In this document: one piece after another, positions 19,005 through 27,949 of the stretch | How positions within the stretch are numbered: the stretch's first letter is position 1 | Layout of the letters: every line of letters begins with the position of its first letter | Source of the DNA: Planctomycetota bacterium | GTDB taxonomy: Bacteria > Planctomycetota > UBA1135 > UBA2386 | Direction of reading: 5' to 3' | Length of the DNA stretch: 64,000 bases | NCBI GenBank assembly: GCA_041398565.1 | Contig: JAWKUN010000002.1 | Span: forward strand, 338,068-402,067 | The notes under the pieces: model-generated | Databases searched by the model: none | Told to the model about the DNA's origin: nothing | The model's input: the letters and a program-made list of their open reading frames with translations, nothing else | Made by a program: the position numbers and the translations under genes

Positions 19005-21512
19005 TCAGTCGGCGAACACCAGCTTGACCACCTCGTCGAAGCGCTCGACGAAGTGCAGCTTCAGCCCGGCGGTCATGTCCTTCTTGAGCTCGGCGACGTC
19101 GCGCTTGTTCTCCATCGGCAGGATCACCCGCCTCAGGCGATAGCGCTGCGCGGCCAGCACCTTCTCGCGCACGCCGCCGATCCCGAGCACCTCGCCCACC
19201 AACGTGACCTCGCCGGTCATCGCCAGGTCAGGCGGGAAGCGCTTGCCGGTCGCCAGCGACACGAGCGCACTGGCCACGGCGATACCCGCCGACGGACCGT
19301 CCTTGGGAATGGCCCCCGCCGGGAAGTGCACGTGGATGTCGCGACTCTCGAACCAGTCCTTGGCGATGCCGTAGCGCGCCGCGCGGCCACGCACGCAGTT
19401 GACGGCGATGCGCACCGACTCGGTCATCACATCGCCCAGTCTGCCGGTCAGGGTCAGGCCGCCCTTGCCCGGCGTCGCCGCGGCCTCGATGTAGAGCACG
19501 TCGCCGCCGTGCGGCGTCCACGCGAGTCCGCGCGACACCCCGGGCACGCGCATCTTGCGCTCGGCGGAATCGAGGTAGCGCGGCTGACCGAGTGCACGCT
19601 CGAGCTCGACGAGACTGAGGCGTCCAGGCGGCTTCTTGCGGCTGGCCACCGCCAACGCCGCCTTGCGGCAAACGCGCTGGATGCTCTTTTCGAGGCCGCG
19701 CACGCCGGCCTCGCGCGTGTAGAGCTGCACCATTTGCCTCAGCACCGGCTTGCCGAACGACAGGTGGCGCTTGCCGAGGCCGTGGCGCTCGAGCTGCTTG
19801 GGCACCAGGTGGCGCAAGGCGATCTCGACCTTCTCGGCGGCGACGTAACCCGGGATCTCGATGACCTCCATGCGGTCGCGCAACGGCTCCGGAATCTGCG
19901 GCAGTGCGTTGGCGGTGGCGATGAACATGACGCGCGACAGGTCGAACGGCACGTCGAGGTAGTGGTCGAGGAAGGTGACGTTCTGCTCGGGGTCGAGCAC
20001 CTCGAGCAACGCCGAGGACGGATCCCCGCGGTAGTCCTGACCGAGCTTGTCGATCTCGTCGAGCACGATCACCGGGTTGTTGGTCTGGCAGGCCTTGAGC
20101 CCCTGGAGGATGCGGCCGGGCATGGCACCGACATAGGTGCGACGGTGTCCCTTGATCTCGGCCTCGTCGCGCATGCCGCCGAGGCTGAAGCGCCAGAATT
20201 GGCGCCCCATCGCGCGCGCGATGCTGCGGCCGAGGCTGGTCTTGCCCACACCCGGCGGACCGGCGAAGCAGAGGATCGACCCCTGGTGTGCCGGCTTGAG
20301 CTTGCGCACCGCCAGGAACTCGAGGATGCGAGCCTTCACCTCCTCGAGCCCGTAGTGGTCTTCGTCCAGCACCTTCGCCGCCACCTGCAAGTCGCGCCGA
20401 TCGTCACTGGACACGCTCCACGGTAGGGTGGTCAGCCAGTCGAGATAGTTGCGGATGACCCCGTACTCGGGAGACTCGGCCGGCGTCGTGCGCAGGCGGT
20501 TGAGCTCCTCCTCGGCTCGGCTGTGCGCCGCGTCCGGCAAGCGCGCGCTCTCCAACGCGGCCTCGATCCGCTGCAGCTCGCTCTGCCGCGCGTCGACCTC
20601 CTCGCCGAGTTCGCGCCGGATGATCTTGATCTGCTCGCGCAGGAAGTACTCCTTCTGCGCCTTCTCGGTCTTGGCCCGGATCTCGGCCTGGATCTTCTGG
20701 CCGAGCTCGGCCACCTGCAGATCCTCGGTGGTCTTCGCCACCGCGATCTCCAGACGCTTGTCGACGTCGATGGCCTCGAGCAGCTGCTGACGTCCTTCGA
20801 CCTCCTTCACGAAGTAGCTGCCACAGAAGTCGGCGAGCTGCTCGGGCCGGTCGATGTTGATGACGGCGGTGCCGAAGTCCTCGTTGTAGGAGCCCCCGAT
20901 CTCGACCAGACGCTTGAGGTTGCCCTGGAGCACCTTGAACAGCGCCTTGCCGCGTTTGCTGCGCGCCGGGATGTCGAGCAACACCTCGATCCGCGCCAGG
21001 AAGAACGGCTGCCGGCGCACGAAGCGCTCGACGCGGGCGCGCCGCAAGCCCTGCGCCATCACCGTGGCGTTGCCGTCCGGCAGCTTGAGGACCTTGAGAA
21101 TCTTGGCCAGCACGCCGACGCTGTAGAAGTGCTTGGCGTCGGTGGGTTCGACCTCCGGGTCGCGCTGCGTCAGCAACAGCAGGTGCCCGTTGTGCGCCTC
21201 CGCCTTGGCGGCGATCTCCCGCGCCAGCGGCGTGTCCAGCAGCACCGGCATCACCAGGTTGGGGAACGGCACCGCGCGCCGCAGGGGCAGCACGAACAGC
21301 GTGGTCGGCAGGGTCTCCTGCAAGACGATCGAGTTGCCCTTCTCCAGGCCCTCGACCGTCACCGCCGGCGGCACCGGCTCGACCGCCTGCGCGGTGCCCT
21401 GGTCGTCCTCGTCGGCGCCGGGTGGCTTGCCTGAGGGGCTGGAACTGCCCTGGTTCTCCGGGTCTGACTGCATGGGGCGGGGTCCGTCGGGAATGGTCGA
21501 AACGAGCGCCAA
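19005..21512 (-). CDS. lon: ATP-dependent Lon protease
   Basis: The 835-aa ORF has a LON N-domain, Walker [10 protein letters not shown], Walker [10 protein letters not shown], and a protease Ser-Lys region ([24 protein letters not shown]...). The alternative start M14 (21473) is possible. Confidence 0.95.
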   Translation of the reverse strand: MALVSTIPDGPRPMQSDPENQGSSSPSGKPPGADEDDQGTAQAVEPVPPAVTVEGLEKGNSIVLQETLPTTLFVLPLRRAVPFPNLVMPVLLDTPLAREIAAKAEAHNGHLLLLTQRDPEVEPTDAKHFYSVGVLAKILKVLKLPDGNATVMAQGLRRARVERFVRRQPFFLARIEVLLDIPARSKRGKALFKVLQGNLKRLVEIGGSYNEDFGTAVINIDRPEQLADFCGSYFVKEVEGRQQLLEAIDVDKRLEIAVAKTTEDLQVAELGQKIQAEIRAKTEKAQKEYFLREQIKIIRRELGEEVDARQSELQRIEAALESARLPDAAHSRAEEELNRLRTTPAESPEYGVIRNYLDWLTTLPWSVSSDDRRDLQVAAKVLDEDHYGLEEVKARILEFLAVRKLKPAHQGSILCFAGPPGVGKTSLGRSIARAMGRQFWRFSLGGMRDEAEIKGHRRTYVGAMPGRILQGLKACQTNNPVIVLDEIDKLGQDYRGDPSSALLEVLDPEQNVTFLDHYLDVPFDLSRVMFIATANALPQIPEPLRDRMEVIEIPGYVAAEKVEIALRHLVPKQLERHGLGKRHLSFGKPVLRQMVQLYTREAGVRGLEKSIQRVCRKAALAVASRKKPPGRLSLVELERALGQPRYLDSAERKMRVPGVSRGLAWTPHGGDVLYIEAAATPGKGGLTLTGRLGDVMTESVRIAVNCVRGRAARYGIAKDWFESRDIHVHFPAGAIPKDGPSAGIAVASALVSLATGKRFPPDLAMTGEVTLVGEVLGIGGVREKVLAAQRYRLRRVILPMENKRDVAELKKDMTAGLKLHFVERFDEVVKLVFAD

Positions 21513-21689
21513 GATCGGACCCGCGGCCGCAACTTTCCAGCCTCGTGCTGCGGGGGGCGACTCCGGTGCGACCTCCCGGCTGGCGGCAAGCAGGGGCCAG
21601 CCGCTCGGCGCCCGAGTGTGCGCGTGGGCGGCGCGTGGCGGCGGATCCTCGCGTGGACCCGAGCCCTGCGCGTCCCGATCGGGGCACCC

Positions 21690-22224
21690 GCTCGATGCGG
21701 CGCACGATGACCGAGAGAGCGACGAGTGGCGCGACCAGTTCGTGCAGACCTATCTCGCGCGTGACCTTCCCCAGCTCGGCCTGCGCCTGCCTGGTGAACT
21801 GCTCGGTCGCTTCTGGACCATGCTCGCGCACGGGCAAGGCAACCAGCTGAACGCAGCGCGGCTCGCTGCCAGCCTCGGCGTCAGCGGCAACACCGTCCGC
21901 CACTACCTCGACGTGCTGACCGATCTGTTCATGGTCAGGCAGCTACGACCGTGGTCCGGCAACAGCATCAAACGTCTGGTCAAGGCGCCGAAGGTCTACG
22001 TGCGCGATTCGGGGCTCGCGCACCACCTCGCACACAGCCAGGACCTCGACATCCTCCTCGGGCATCCGTTGCGCGGCGCTACCTGGGAGGGGTTCGTGCT
22101 CGAGAACATCCTGGCGCGGCTGCCGAACGGCTGGCAGGCAAGCTACTACCGGACCTCGGCGCAGGCCGAGATCGACCTGGTGCTGCTTATCTGCCGACCC
22201 CATGGTAACCTGCGTGTTTCATGA
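21690..22224 (+). pseudogene. Remnant of an AAA+/DUF4143-family ATPase gene, with the N-terminal ATPase domain missing and the C-terminus truncated
   Basis: Only the tail of ORF 21133..22224 is protein-like: WRDQFVQTYLARDLPQLGLRLPGELLGRFWTMLAHGQGNQLNAARLAASLGVSGNTVRHYLDVLTDLFMVRQLRPWSGNSIKRLVKAPKVYVRDSGL. There is no P-loop upstream, and the ORF ends abruptly after AEIDLVLL. Confidence 0.6.
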
Positions 22225-22508
22225 ATGCATTCGATGCCCTGGGCAATCGGGTCCGCCGCAAGATCATGGTGGAGCTGAGGCGCTCGCCGCTGCCGGTCGG
22301 CGAGCTGGCCGAGAAGTTCTCGATCAGCCGACCCGCCGTGTCGCGCCATCTTCGGGTGCTGCAGGACGCCGGCCTGGTCAGCCCGGTCGAGCGTGGGGCG
22401 CAGAACATCTATTGCATCCGCGTCCAGGGGTTCCGCAGCGTCCAGGAGTTCATCGACAGCTTCTGGGACGAGGCCCTGTCGCAACTGGAACGATTGGCCA
22501 AGCGATGA
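22221..22508 (+). CDS. ArsR/SmtB-family transcriptional regulator (95 aa)
   Basis: It contains a winged HTH: VGELAEKFSISRPAVSRHLRVLQDAGLV. Confidence 0.9.
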   Translation: MNAFDALGNRVRRKIMVELRRSPLPVGELAEKFSISRPAVSRHLRVLQDAGLVSPVERGAQNIYCIRVQGFRSVQEFIDSFWDEALSQLERLAKR

Positions 22509-22921
22509 TCGACAAGAGCGTGATGCTGGCGTGCAGGCCCGAGCGGGCCTTCGAACTCTTCACCGAGCACGCCGGGCTGTGGTGGCCGGCGGCGCGGCGC
22601 CACTCCAAGGACCCGAACAGCACGATCCGCATGGAAGCCGCCGGTCGCTTCTACGAACGGTCGCGGGATGGTAGCGAGGTCGAACTCGGCGTCGTGCGCC
22701 ATTTCGAGCCGGGCCGGCGCCTGGTGCTCGACTGGTATCCGGGCACCGGCCCGCAGGCCCCGACCCAAGTCGAGATCACCTTCGAGCCGGTTGACGGCGG
22801 CACGAAGGTCACCGTACGCCACGACCGGGGCGCGGCGGACGAGGACACCTTCGGTCGCAATGCCCCAGCCTACGATAGATCCTGGGATCTGGTGCTGGCG
22901 GCGGCAGCTGCCGCCAGTTGA
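22505..22921 (+). CDS. SRPBCC (Aha1/START-like) family protein (138 aa)
   Basis: Inner start MIDKSVMLACRPERAFELFTEH of ORF 22202..22921, overlapping the ArsR stop in an ATGA. The ArsR-SRPBCC pairing is a common gene arrangement. Confidence 0.8.
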   Translation: MIDKSVMLACRPERAFELFTEHAGLWWPAARRHSKDPNSTIRMEAAGRFYERSRDGSEVELGVVRHFEPGRRLVLDWYPGTGPQAPTQVEITFEPVDGGTKVTVRHDRGAADEDTFGRNAPAYDRSWDLVLAAAAAAS

Positions 22922-22952
22922 TGCCTGGTAACGCCTACGTTACATTGGGTCG

Positions 22953-23375
22953 ATGAAGTCCTTCGCTTCCAGCATCATGATCCGGGGCACGCCCGAGGCC
23001 GTGTGGCAGGTGCTGACCGACGCGCCGGCCTACCCGAGCTGGAACACGACCGTGACCCGCGTCGACGGCACGATCGCGCCGGGCGGCAAGGTGACCGTGC
23101 ATGCCAAGGTGGCGCCGGGCCGCGCGTTCCCGGTCAAGGTCGCGGCATGGGATGCGCCGCGCCGCATGGTATGGAGCGGTGGTATGCCCCTCGGGCTGTT
23201 CAAGGGCGAGCGGGTGTTCGAATTGCGACCGAAGGCTGAGGGCAGCGTCGAGTTTTCGATGCGCGAGGACTACACGGGCTTGCTGGCGCCGCTGATCACG
23301 AAATCGATTCCCGACCTGCAACCCTCGTTCGATGCGTTCGCGGCGTGCCTCAAGGCACGTGTCGAAGGGAGCTGA
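22953..23375 (+). CDS. SRPBCC (polyketide cyclase/dehydrase-like) family protein (140 aa)
   Basis: The N-terminus MKSFASSIMIRGTPEAVWQVLTDAPAYPSWN is typical of the family. Confidence 0.8.
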   Translation: MKSFASSIMIRGTPEAVWQVLTDAPAYPSWNTTVTRVDGTIAPGGKVTVHAKVAPGRAFPVKVAAWDAPRRMVWSGGMPLGLFKGERVFELRPKAEGSVEFSMREDYTGLLAPLITKSIPDLQPSFDAFAACLKARVEGS

Positions 23376-23377
23376 GC

Positions 23378-23794
23378 ATGGGCAAGACTGCAGCCGCCGC
23401 CGGCACGCCGGAAGCGCCATGGGAATTGAAGACGCCCCCGGGCACGTCAGCTTTTCAGGCTTGGCGCGACGCGGCGCTGGACCCGCCAGCGCTGGTCGTG
23501 CAGGTCGGCAAGACGCAGTTGAGGTATCACCTGCGATGCATCGAGGACCTGCACACGATGCTGAAGGCTCACGGCGACTGGATGCCTCTGGGCAGTGCCG
23601 ACGAGCAAAAGCCGGCGGCCGAGGGCACGGTGGAAGCCTGGGGTCGGTCGGTCGGCAACCCGGTCAAGGGCTGGTACGGCATCAAGAAGGGTCTGCGTGG
23701 CCGCTTCGGCATGTACGTGCCTCCCGTGCTCGAAGCGCTGGGGCTCGCCGAGCTGGAGCACAACCCGAAGAACAACCGCATCCGCGCGAAGTAG
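23378..23794 (+). CDS. Conserved hypothetical protein (138 aa)
   Basis: Inner start MGKTAAAAGTPEAPWELKTPPGTSAFQAWRD of ORF 23345..23794. Composition is protein-like and the tail reads GRFGMYVPPVLEALGLAELEHNPKNNRIRAK. I recall homologues annotated only as hypothetical. Confidence 0.5.
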   Translation: MGKTAAAAGTPEAPWELKTPPGTSAFQAWRDAALDPPALVVQVGKTQLRYHLRCIEDLHTMLKAHGDWMPLGSADEQKPAAEGTVEAWGRSVGNPVKGWYGIKKGLRGRFGMYVPPVLEALGLAELEHNPKNNRIRAK

Positions 23795-23985
23795 TTGCGG
23801 GCTCGTTCTGTGTCGAGGGCGGCTCTCGCAGTAGCGACCTTTGGTGTAGGACCGCTCCTGGCCGCAGGACCAGACCGCTCGCGCGGTACCCGCTCCGGGT
23901 GAGGCCGCGGTAGTCAGCGGCGCCGCTGGTTCTGCGAAGTTGGCGATCGAGGCAATCCGCCTCGTTCACCAACGGAGCTGCAATC

Positions 23986-24078
23986 ATGGACACGACCACC
24001 CGCGCGGGCACGCCGCTGCGTCAACGCATGATCGAAGACATGCGCATGCGCATGCTGGAACCCAGAACCCAGTCGTGA
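23986..24078 (+). pseudogene. 30-codon N-terminal stub of a tyrosine recombinase/integrase
   Basis: My translation is MDTTTRAGTPLRQRMIEDMRMRMLEPRTQS*. The motif PLRxRMIEDMxxRxLxxxTQ matches the N-terminus of integrases often found beside IS91-family transposases. This comparison is from memory. Confidence 0.45.
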
Positions 24079-24289
24079 CCTTCCCCACTTTGGTGGACGG
24101 TGGGGTGCCCATCACTTGTACTCCTCACGCGTGTTGTCGGCGTAGATGACCTGCTGGACGCGGAACACCACCTGCATGTCCTTCACGTCCGTGCTCTGCA
24201 ACCACCGGTGCGAGTCCAGGAACCGGTTGTAGTGGACGCCCACGCCTTCGGACGGTGCGCGCCGGCAGCCTTCACCGGGTCGTTGATGG

Positions 24290-25174
24290 TCACGTTGCTC
24301 TGCGCCAACCTCGACGGCTTCTCCCTGCACGCGGCAGTCCGCGTCGATGGCTGCAACAAGGACCGACTCGAGCGTCTGTGCCGCTACGCTCTTCGGCCTG
24401 CCCTCGTGCACGAACGCTTGTCGCTGACGCCCGGCGGCAAAGTGCTATGCGTTCAAGCGACCTTGGCGCGACGGTTCGACCCACGTGGTGCTCGACCCAC
24501 TCACTCTCTCGAGCGCCTGGCCGCCTTGATCCCTGCCCCACGCAAAAAGCTCATCACCCACCATGGGGGCTTCGCGCCCGCCTTCCCTCTGCGGCACACC
24601 GTCGTGCCGCCCCCGCCGGTCGCAGAAGCCGCCACTGATGTACCCGTCGAGCATCCTGACCCGCTCCGCGCGTGTGCGCACGCCGCCTCGGCGCCAGCCT
24701 CGGTTCCTCTCTCGACACCCGCCACCGCCGAGGCGCCGCCGAACAAAGCTCGGCCCAAGCCCCGGCCCCGCTACCTGTGGGCCGACCTCCTACGCCGCAC
24801 CTACCTCGTCGACGTACTCACCTGCCCAACCTGCAAGGGCAGACGCCGCCTCCTCGCCTTCATCACCGAACGCGAGTCCATCGTCAGGATCCTTCGCCAC
24901 CTCGGCTTGCCCACCGAGCCGCCGGTCGTGGCTCCCGCCAGACCGCCACCGGCCTTGGCGCTGCCGTTCTCGTAGTTCCCAGTCCTCCGCCCGCATGCCA
25001 GCCACTCCGGGCCGCCTGGATCTCCGTACCCATCACCGCCACGACCATGCTCACCGGCTAGAACACCCGCCCGTCCAGCCAGTGCGACCGAGCACCGGGC
25101 ACGACGCGCCCGAAACCAACCATTGGCCCACCAGGACCAAACCCGAGGGACGCAGCTTGCTCTTCTTATCCCGC
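24290..25174 (+). mobile_element. IS91-family element, 3' half only (fragment 'a'): frameshifted transposase C-terminus plus right-end tail
   Basis: ORF 24100..24975 contains CANLDGFSLHAAVRVDGCNKDRLERLCRYALRPALVHERLSLTP, then a frameshifted stretch, then LERLAALIPAPRKKLITHHGGFAPAFPLRH...TCPTCKGRRRLLAFITERESIVRILRHLGLPTEPP. This is paralogous to 47873..49402. The about 200-bp tail after the stop matches 49403-49487 plus 51320-51433. Confidence 0.8.
25153..25174 (+). repeat. IS91-like right-end (putative oriIS) 22-mer cagcttgctcttcttatcccgc, copy a
   Basis: An identical 22-mer occurs at 31392 and 51412, and a degenerate copy at 42961. It marks the point where homology between IS91 copies stops. 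Confidence 0.65.
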
Positions 25175-25423
25175 CCGCCACCGGGCCACGCTTCGCCATC
25201 CGGGAGCCGCGCGATCTCCTCGCCTGCCGGCTGCTCGAGCACCGTATGTGCCGCGCCCATCACCAGCCTCCGAACCAGCCTTCGAAGAGTGCGATGGAGG
25301 CGTGCAGAGTCCGAAGCACCCGCGAGGAGCCGCGCCATGGCGCCAGATCCCCGCGAACGACAAGGACGACTCGACGCGACCGACACTCTCATGGAGGCCC
25401 GTGGGCTCGCTTCGCCCACAGGC

Positions 25424-26008
25424 TCAGGACGACGTGTCCCGCTGCTGGCGTTCGATGCGGTCCGCGAGTTCCTGACGGGCCCTGGCGAGGCGCGACTTGA
25501 CGATCGACGCGTCGACGTCGAGCACCGATGCGATCTCGTCGCGGCTCAGCTCGTCGAAGTAGCGCAGGAAGAGCACCTCCGCGTGTTCCTTGGAGAGCGA
25601 CGCGATCGCCTGCCAAAGGCGATCGCTGTCCTCGAGCCGCACCGCCGCGGTCCGCGGCCCGGTGCGTGGCGAGAGCAGCTCCGACGCGCGTGCCAGGCCG
25701 TCGACCATCGCCCGTGCGTGCCGGCCGTCCCGAACGGAGTTCAAGCAATGGTTGCGGGCGACCCGGTACAGCCAGGCGCGCAGCGAGCCCTGCGGCCACG
25801 CCTCGAGCGCGAGCATCTTGGTCAGCACGTCCTGGGCCGCGTCCTCGGCCGCCACCTCGCTGCCGACGTAGCGGCGGCAGAAGTGGACGAGGCGCTCGCG
25901 ATGCCGTGCGAGGAGCGCGCTGGCAGCCGCGCGGTCGCCGGCGCGCGCGCGCGACTCGAGCGCGATCTCCGTCGACGACGGGATCGATTCGGTGTGGTGG
26001 GCGGTCAT
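25424..26008 (-). CDS. ECF sigma factor (194 aa)
   Basis: Inner start MTAHHTESIP of ORF 25424..26302. It has region 2 (ERLVHFCRRYVGSEVAAEDAAQDVLTKM) and region 4 (EVLFLRYFDELSRDEIASVLDVDASIVKSRLARAR). Confidence 0.85.
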   Translation of the reverse strand: MTAHHTESIPSSTEIALESRARAGDRAAASALLARHRERLVHFCRRYVGSEVAAEDAAQDVLTKMLALEAWPQGSLRAWLYRVARNHCLNSVRDGRHARAMVDGLARASELLSPRTGPRTAAVRLEDSDRLWQAIASLSKEHAEVLFLRYFDELSRDEIASVLDVDASIVKSRLARARQELADRIERQQRDTSS

Positions 26009-26316
26009 CTCGTTCGGCCGCGCGGCAATCAGCGGCACAGCTCGCCAGCGCTGCGCCATCCTACCGCGCCCGAACCAGTGGTGGACCTCCGTCGCCGGAC
26101 GGACAACGACCTCGCCGACCGCGGCAGGCTCTCGGCCAGCGCGCTTCGATTCGCTCGGACGAGGTGGATTTCGTGCGCCGGCGCGCTGGGCCCAGGGTGA
26201 ACGGGACAGCACCGGACGGTCGCGGCGCGGACATCGCTTCCTGCGTCGAGCGGTCGTCAGGGTGCTTCTGCATCCCCAGGCGCTCCCGGCGCCGCGTCCC
26301 ACTGCGACGATCGAAC

Positions 26317-27891
26317 ATGCAACATCTCTCTCGCGACCACCGTCGAGGCGCCCGCGGGCTCCTCGCGCTCCCCCTCCTCATGGGCACCGCCGCCCAGTTG
26401 CCGGCCCAGCCCGCCACGATGGTCCTCGACATCAACCCCGGAGCGACGAGCACGAACCCTGGCAAACTCGTCGCGCTCGGCAGCACGCTGTTCTTCGTGG
26501 CTTCCCAGCCCGGCACCGGCCTCGAGCTGTGGAAGACCGACGGCACGACGGCTGGCACGCAGCTCGTGAAGGACATCAACCCCGGCGCGGCGAGTTCGAG
26601 CCCGCAGTTCCTCACGCCGTTCGGCGGCGCGGTGTTCTTCCGGGCCTACGAGCCGAGCACTGGCTACGAGCTGTGGAAGAGCGATGGCACCAGCGCAGGG
26701 ACGGTGCTGGTGACGGAGACCACGCCCGGTCCCGCCGGCAACGCGCTCCATCTGATCGTCGTCGGCGACAGGTTGTTCTTCGATGACGGCATCACAGCGT
26801 CGAACAGCCTCTGGACCACGGACGGGACCGCGGCCGGCACCGAGCGCGTCGGGTTCAGGATCGATGGTCTCGGGTATCGAGCCGCCGTCGGTGACATCAT
26901 GTTCTTCGACCAGGAAAGCGAGTACGGCAACGAGCTGTGGCAGACCGACGGCACCCTTGCAGGCACGCGGCCGACCTTGGGCGTCCGGAGCGTGCTCCAG
27001 TCACCGCAGGGCTTCTGGACCACCAGTCGCCTCGTCTACTGGACCGGCTTCGATCTCATGGGGAATCCGGACGGCCTTTGGCGGAGCGACGGCACCGTCA
27101 ACGGCACCTTCCGCCTGTTCGGCGGCAGCCTCGTGTTCCGAGCGGCCGCGGTGAATGACACGCTCTACTTCGTTCCGTTCAACGCTCTCCCCTTTGCACT
27201 GTGGAAGACCGATGGGACCGAGGCCGGCACGGTGCACGTCAAGGATCTCCCCGGCGAGGCGTCCACAATCGCCAGCGCGGGCAACCGGCTCTTCTTCACC
27301 CTCGGCAGCGAACTATGGGTCAGCGATGGCACCGAGGTAGGAACGGCCCAGGTCCGCGCGTTCACCGCGGCGGTTCCCCAGCCGCATGGAATCACGTCCG
27401 TGGGGAACGCGAGCGTGATGTTCTCGGCCAACGATGGCTCGAACGGGCTAGAGCCGTGGTTCAGTGACGGCACGGCTGCCGGCACCACCATGGTGCAGGA
27501 CATCGCTGCGGGAGCGGCGGGTTCGGCACCGCAGTCGTTCACCGTGGCCGGCAGCAACGTGTTCTTCACCGCGGACGACGGCGTCGCCGGCCGCGAGCTC
27601 TGGGTGCTTCCCAACGTCGTCACCGAGCCGCCGCTGCTCGTCGAAACGTTGATGGTCGACGTCGTGATCCTCAACCTGCAGAACGGCATCCTGAACAGCC
27701 TCGATGCCAAGCTCGACTCGGCCCTGCAGGCCCTGGTCGACGTCCACCAGGCGAACAACATGTCGGCGTTGAACTCGCTGAACGCGTTCATCAATGCCGT
27801 CCAGGCGCAGAGCGGCAACCACATCCCCGCGTCCGACGCCGATGCCCTGATCGCCCAGGCGCAGGCGATCATGGCCCAGCTCGGGCAGTGA
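26317..27891 (+). CDS. ELWxxDGT-repeat secreted protein, paralog 2 (524 aa), with a helical FIMAH-like C-terminal tail
   Basis: Inner start MQHLSRDHRRGARGLLALPLLMGTAAQLPAQP of ORF 25528..27891. Repeats include GLELWKTDGTTAGT, GYELWKSDGTSAGT, NELWQTDGTLAGT and GRELWVL. The tail reads LNLQNGILNSLDAKLDSALQALVD...LNSLNAFINAVQAQSGNHIPASDADALIAQAQAIMAQL. Confidence 0.8.
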   Translation: MQHLSRDHRRGARGLLALPLLMGTAAQLPAQPATMVLDINPGATSTNPGKLVALGSTLFFVASQPGTGLELWKTDGTTAGTQLVKDINPGAASSSPQFLTPFGGAVFFRAYEPSTGYELWKSDGTSAGTVLVTETTPGPAGNALHLIVVGDRLFFDDGITASNSLWTTDGTAAGTERVGFRIDGLGYRAAVGDIMFFDQESEYGNELWQTDGTLAGTRPTLGVRSVLQSPQGFWTTSRLVYWTGFDLMGNPDGLWRSDGTVNGTFRLFGGSLVFRAAAVNDTLYFVPFNALPFALWKTDGTEAGTVHVKDLPGEASTIASAGNRLFFTLGSELWVSDGTEVGTAQVRAFTAAVPQPHGITSVGNASVMFSANDGSNGLEPWFSDGTAAGTTMVQDIAAGAAGSAPQSFTVAGSNVFFTADDGVAGRELWVLPNVVTEPPLLVETLMVDVVILNLQNGILNSLDAKLDSALQALVDVHQANNMSALNSLNAFINAVQAQSGNHIPASDADALIAQAQAIMAQLGQ

Positions 27892-27949
27892 CGGTCGGGC
27901 AGGCAGCCGCCACCGGGTCGGGCGACTTCGACCGTGGCCTCTCAGTTGG

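Noticed and set aside
25051-25419. ORF downstream of the second ECF sigma as its anti-sigma factor
   Set aside because: The translation lacks zf-HC2 or TM features, runs straight into the IS91 tail, and has junk-like composition. If an anti-sigma gene existed here, it has been destroyed.
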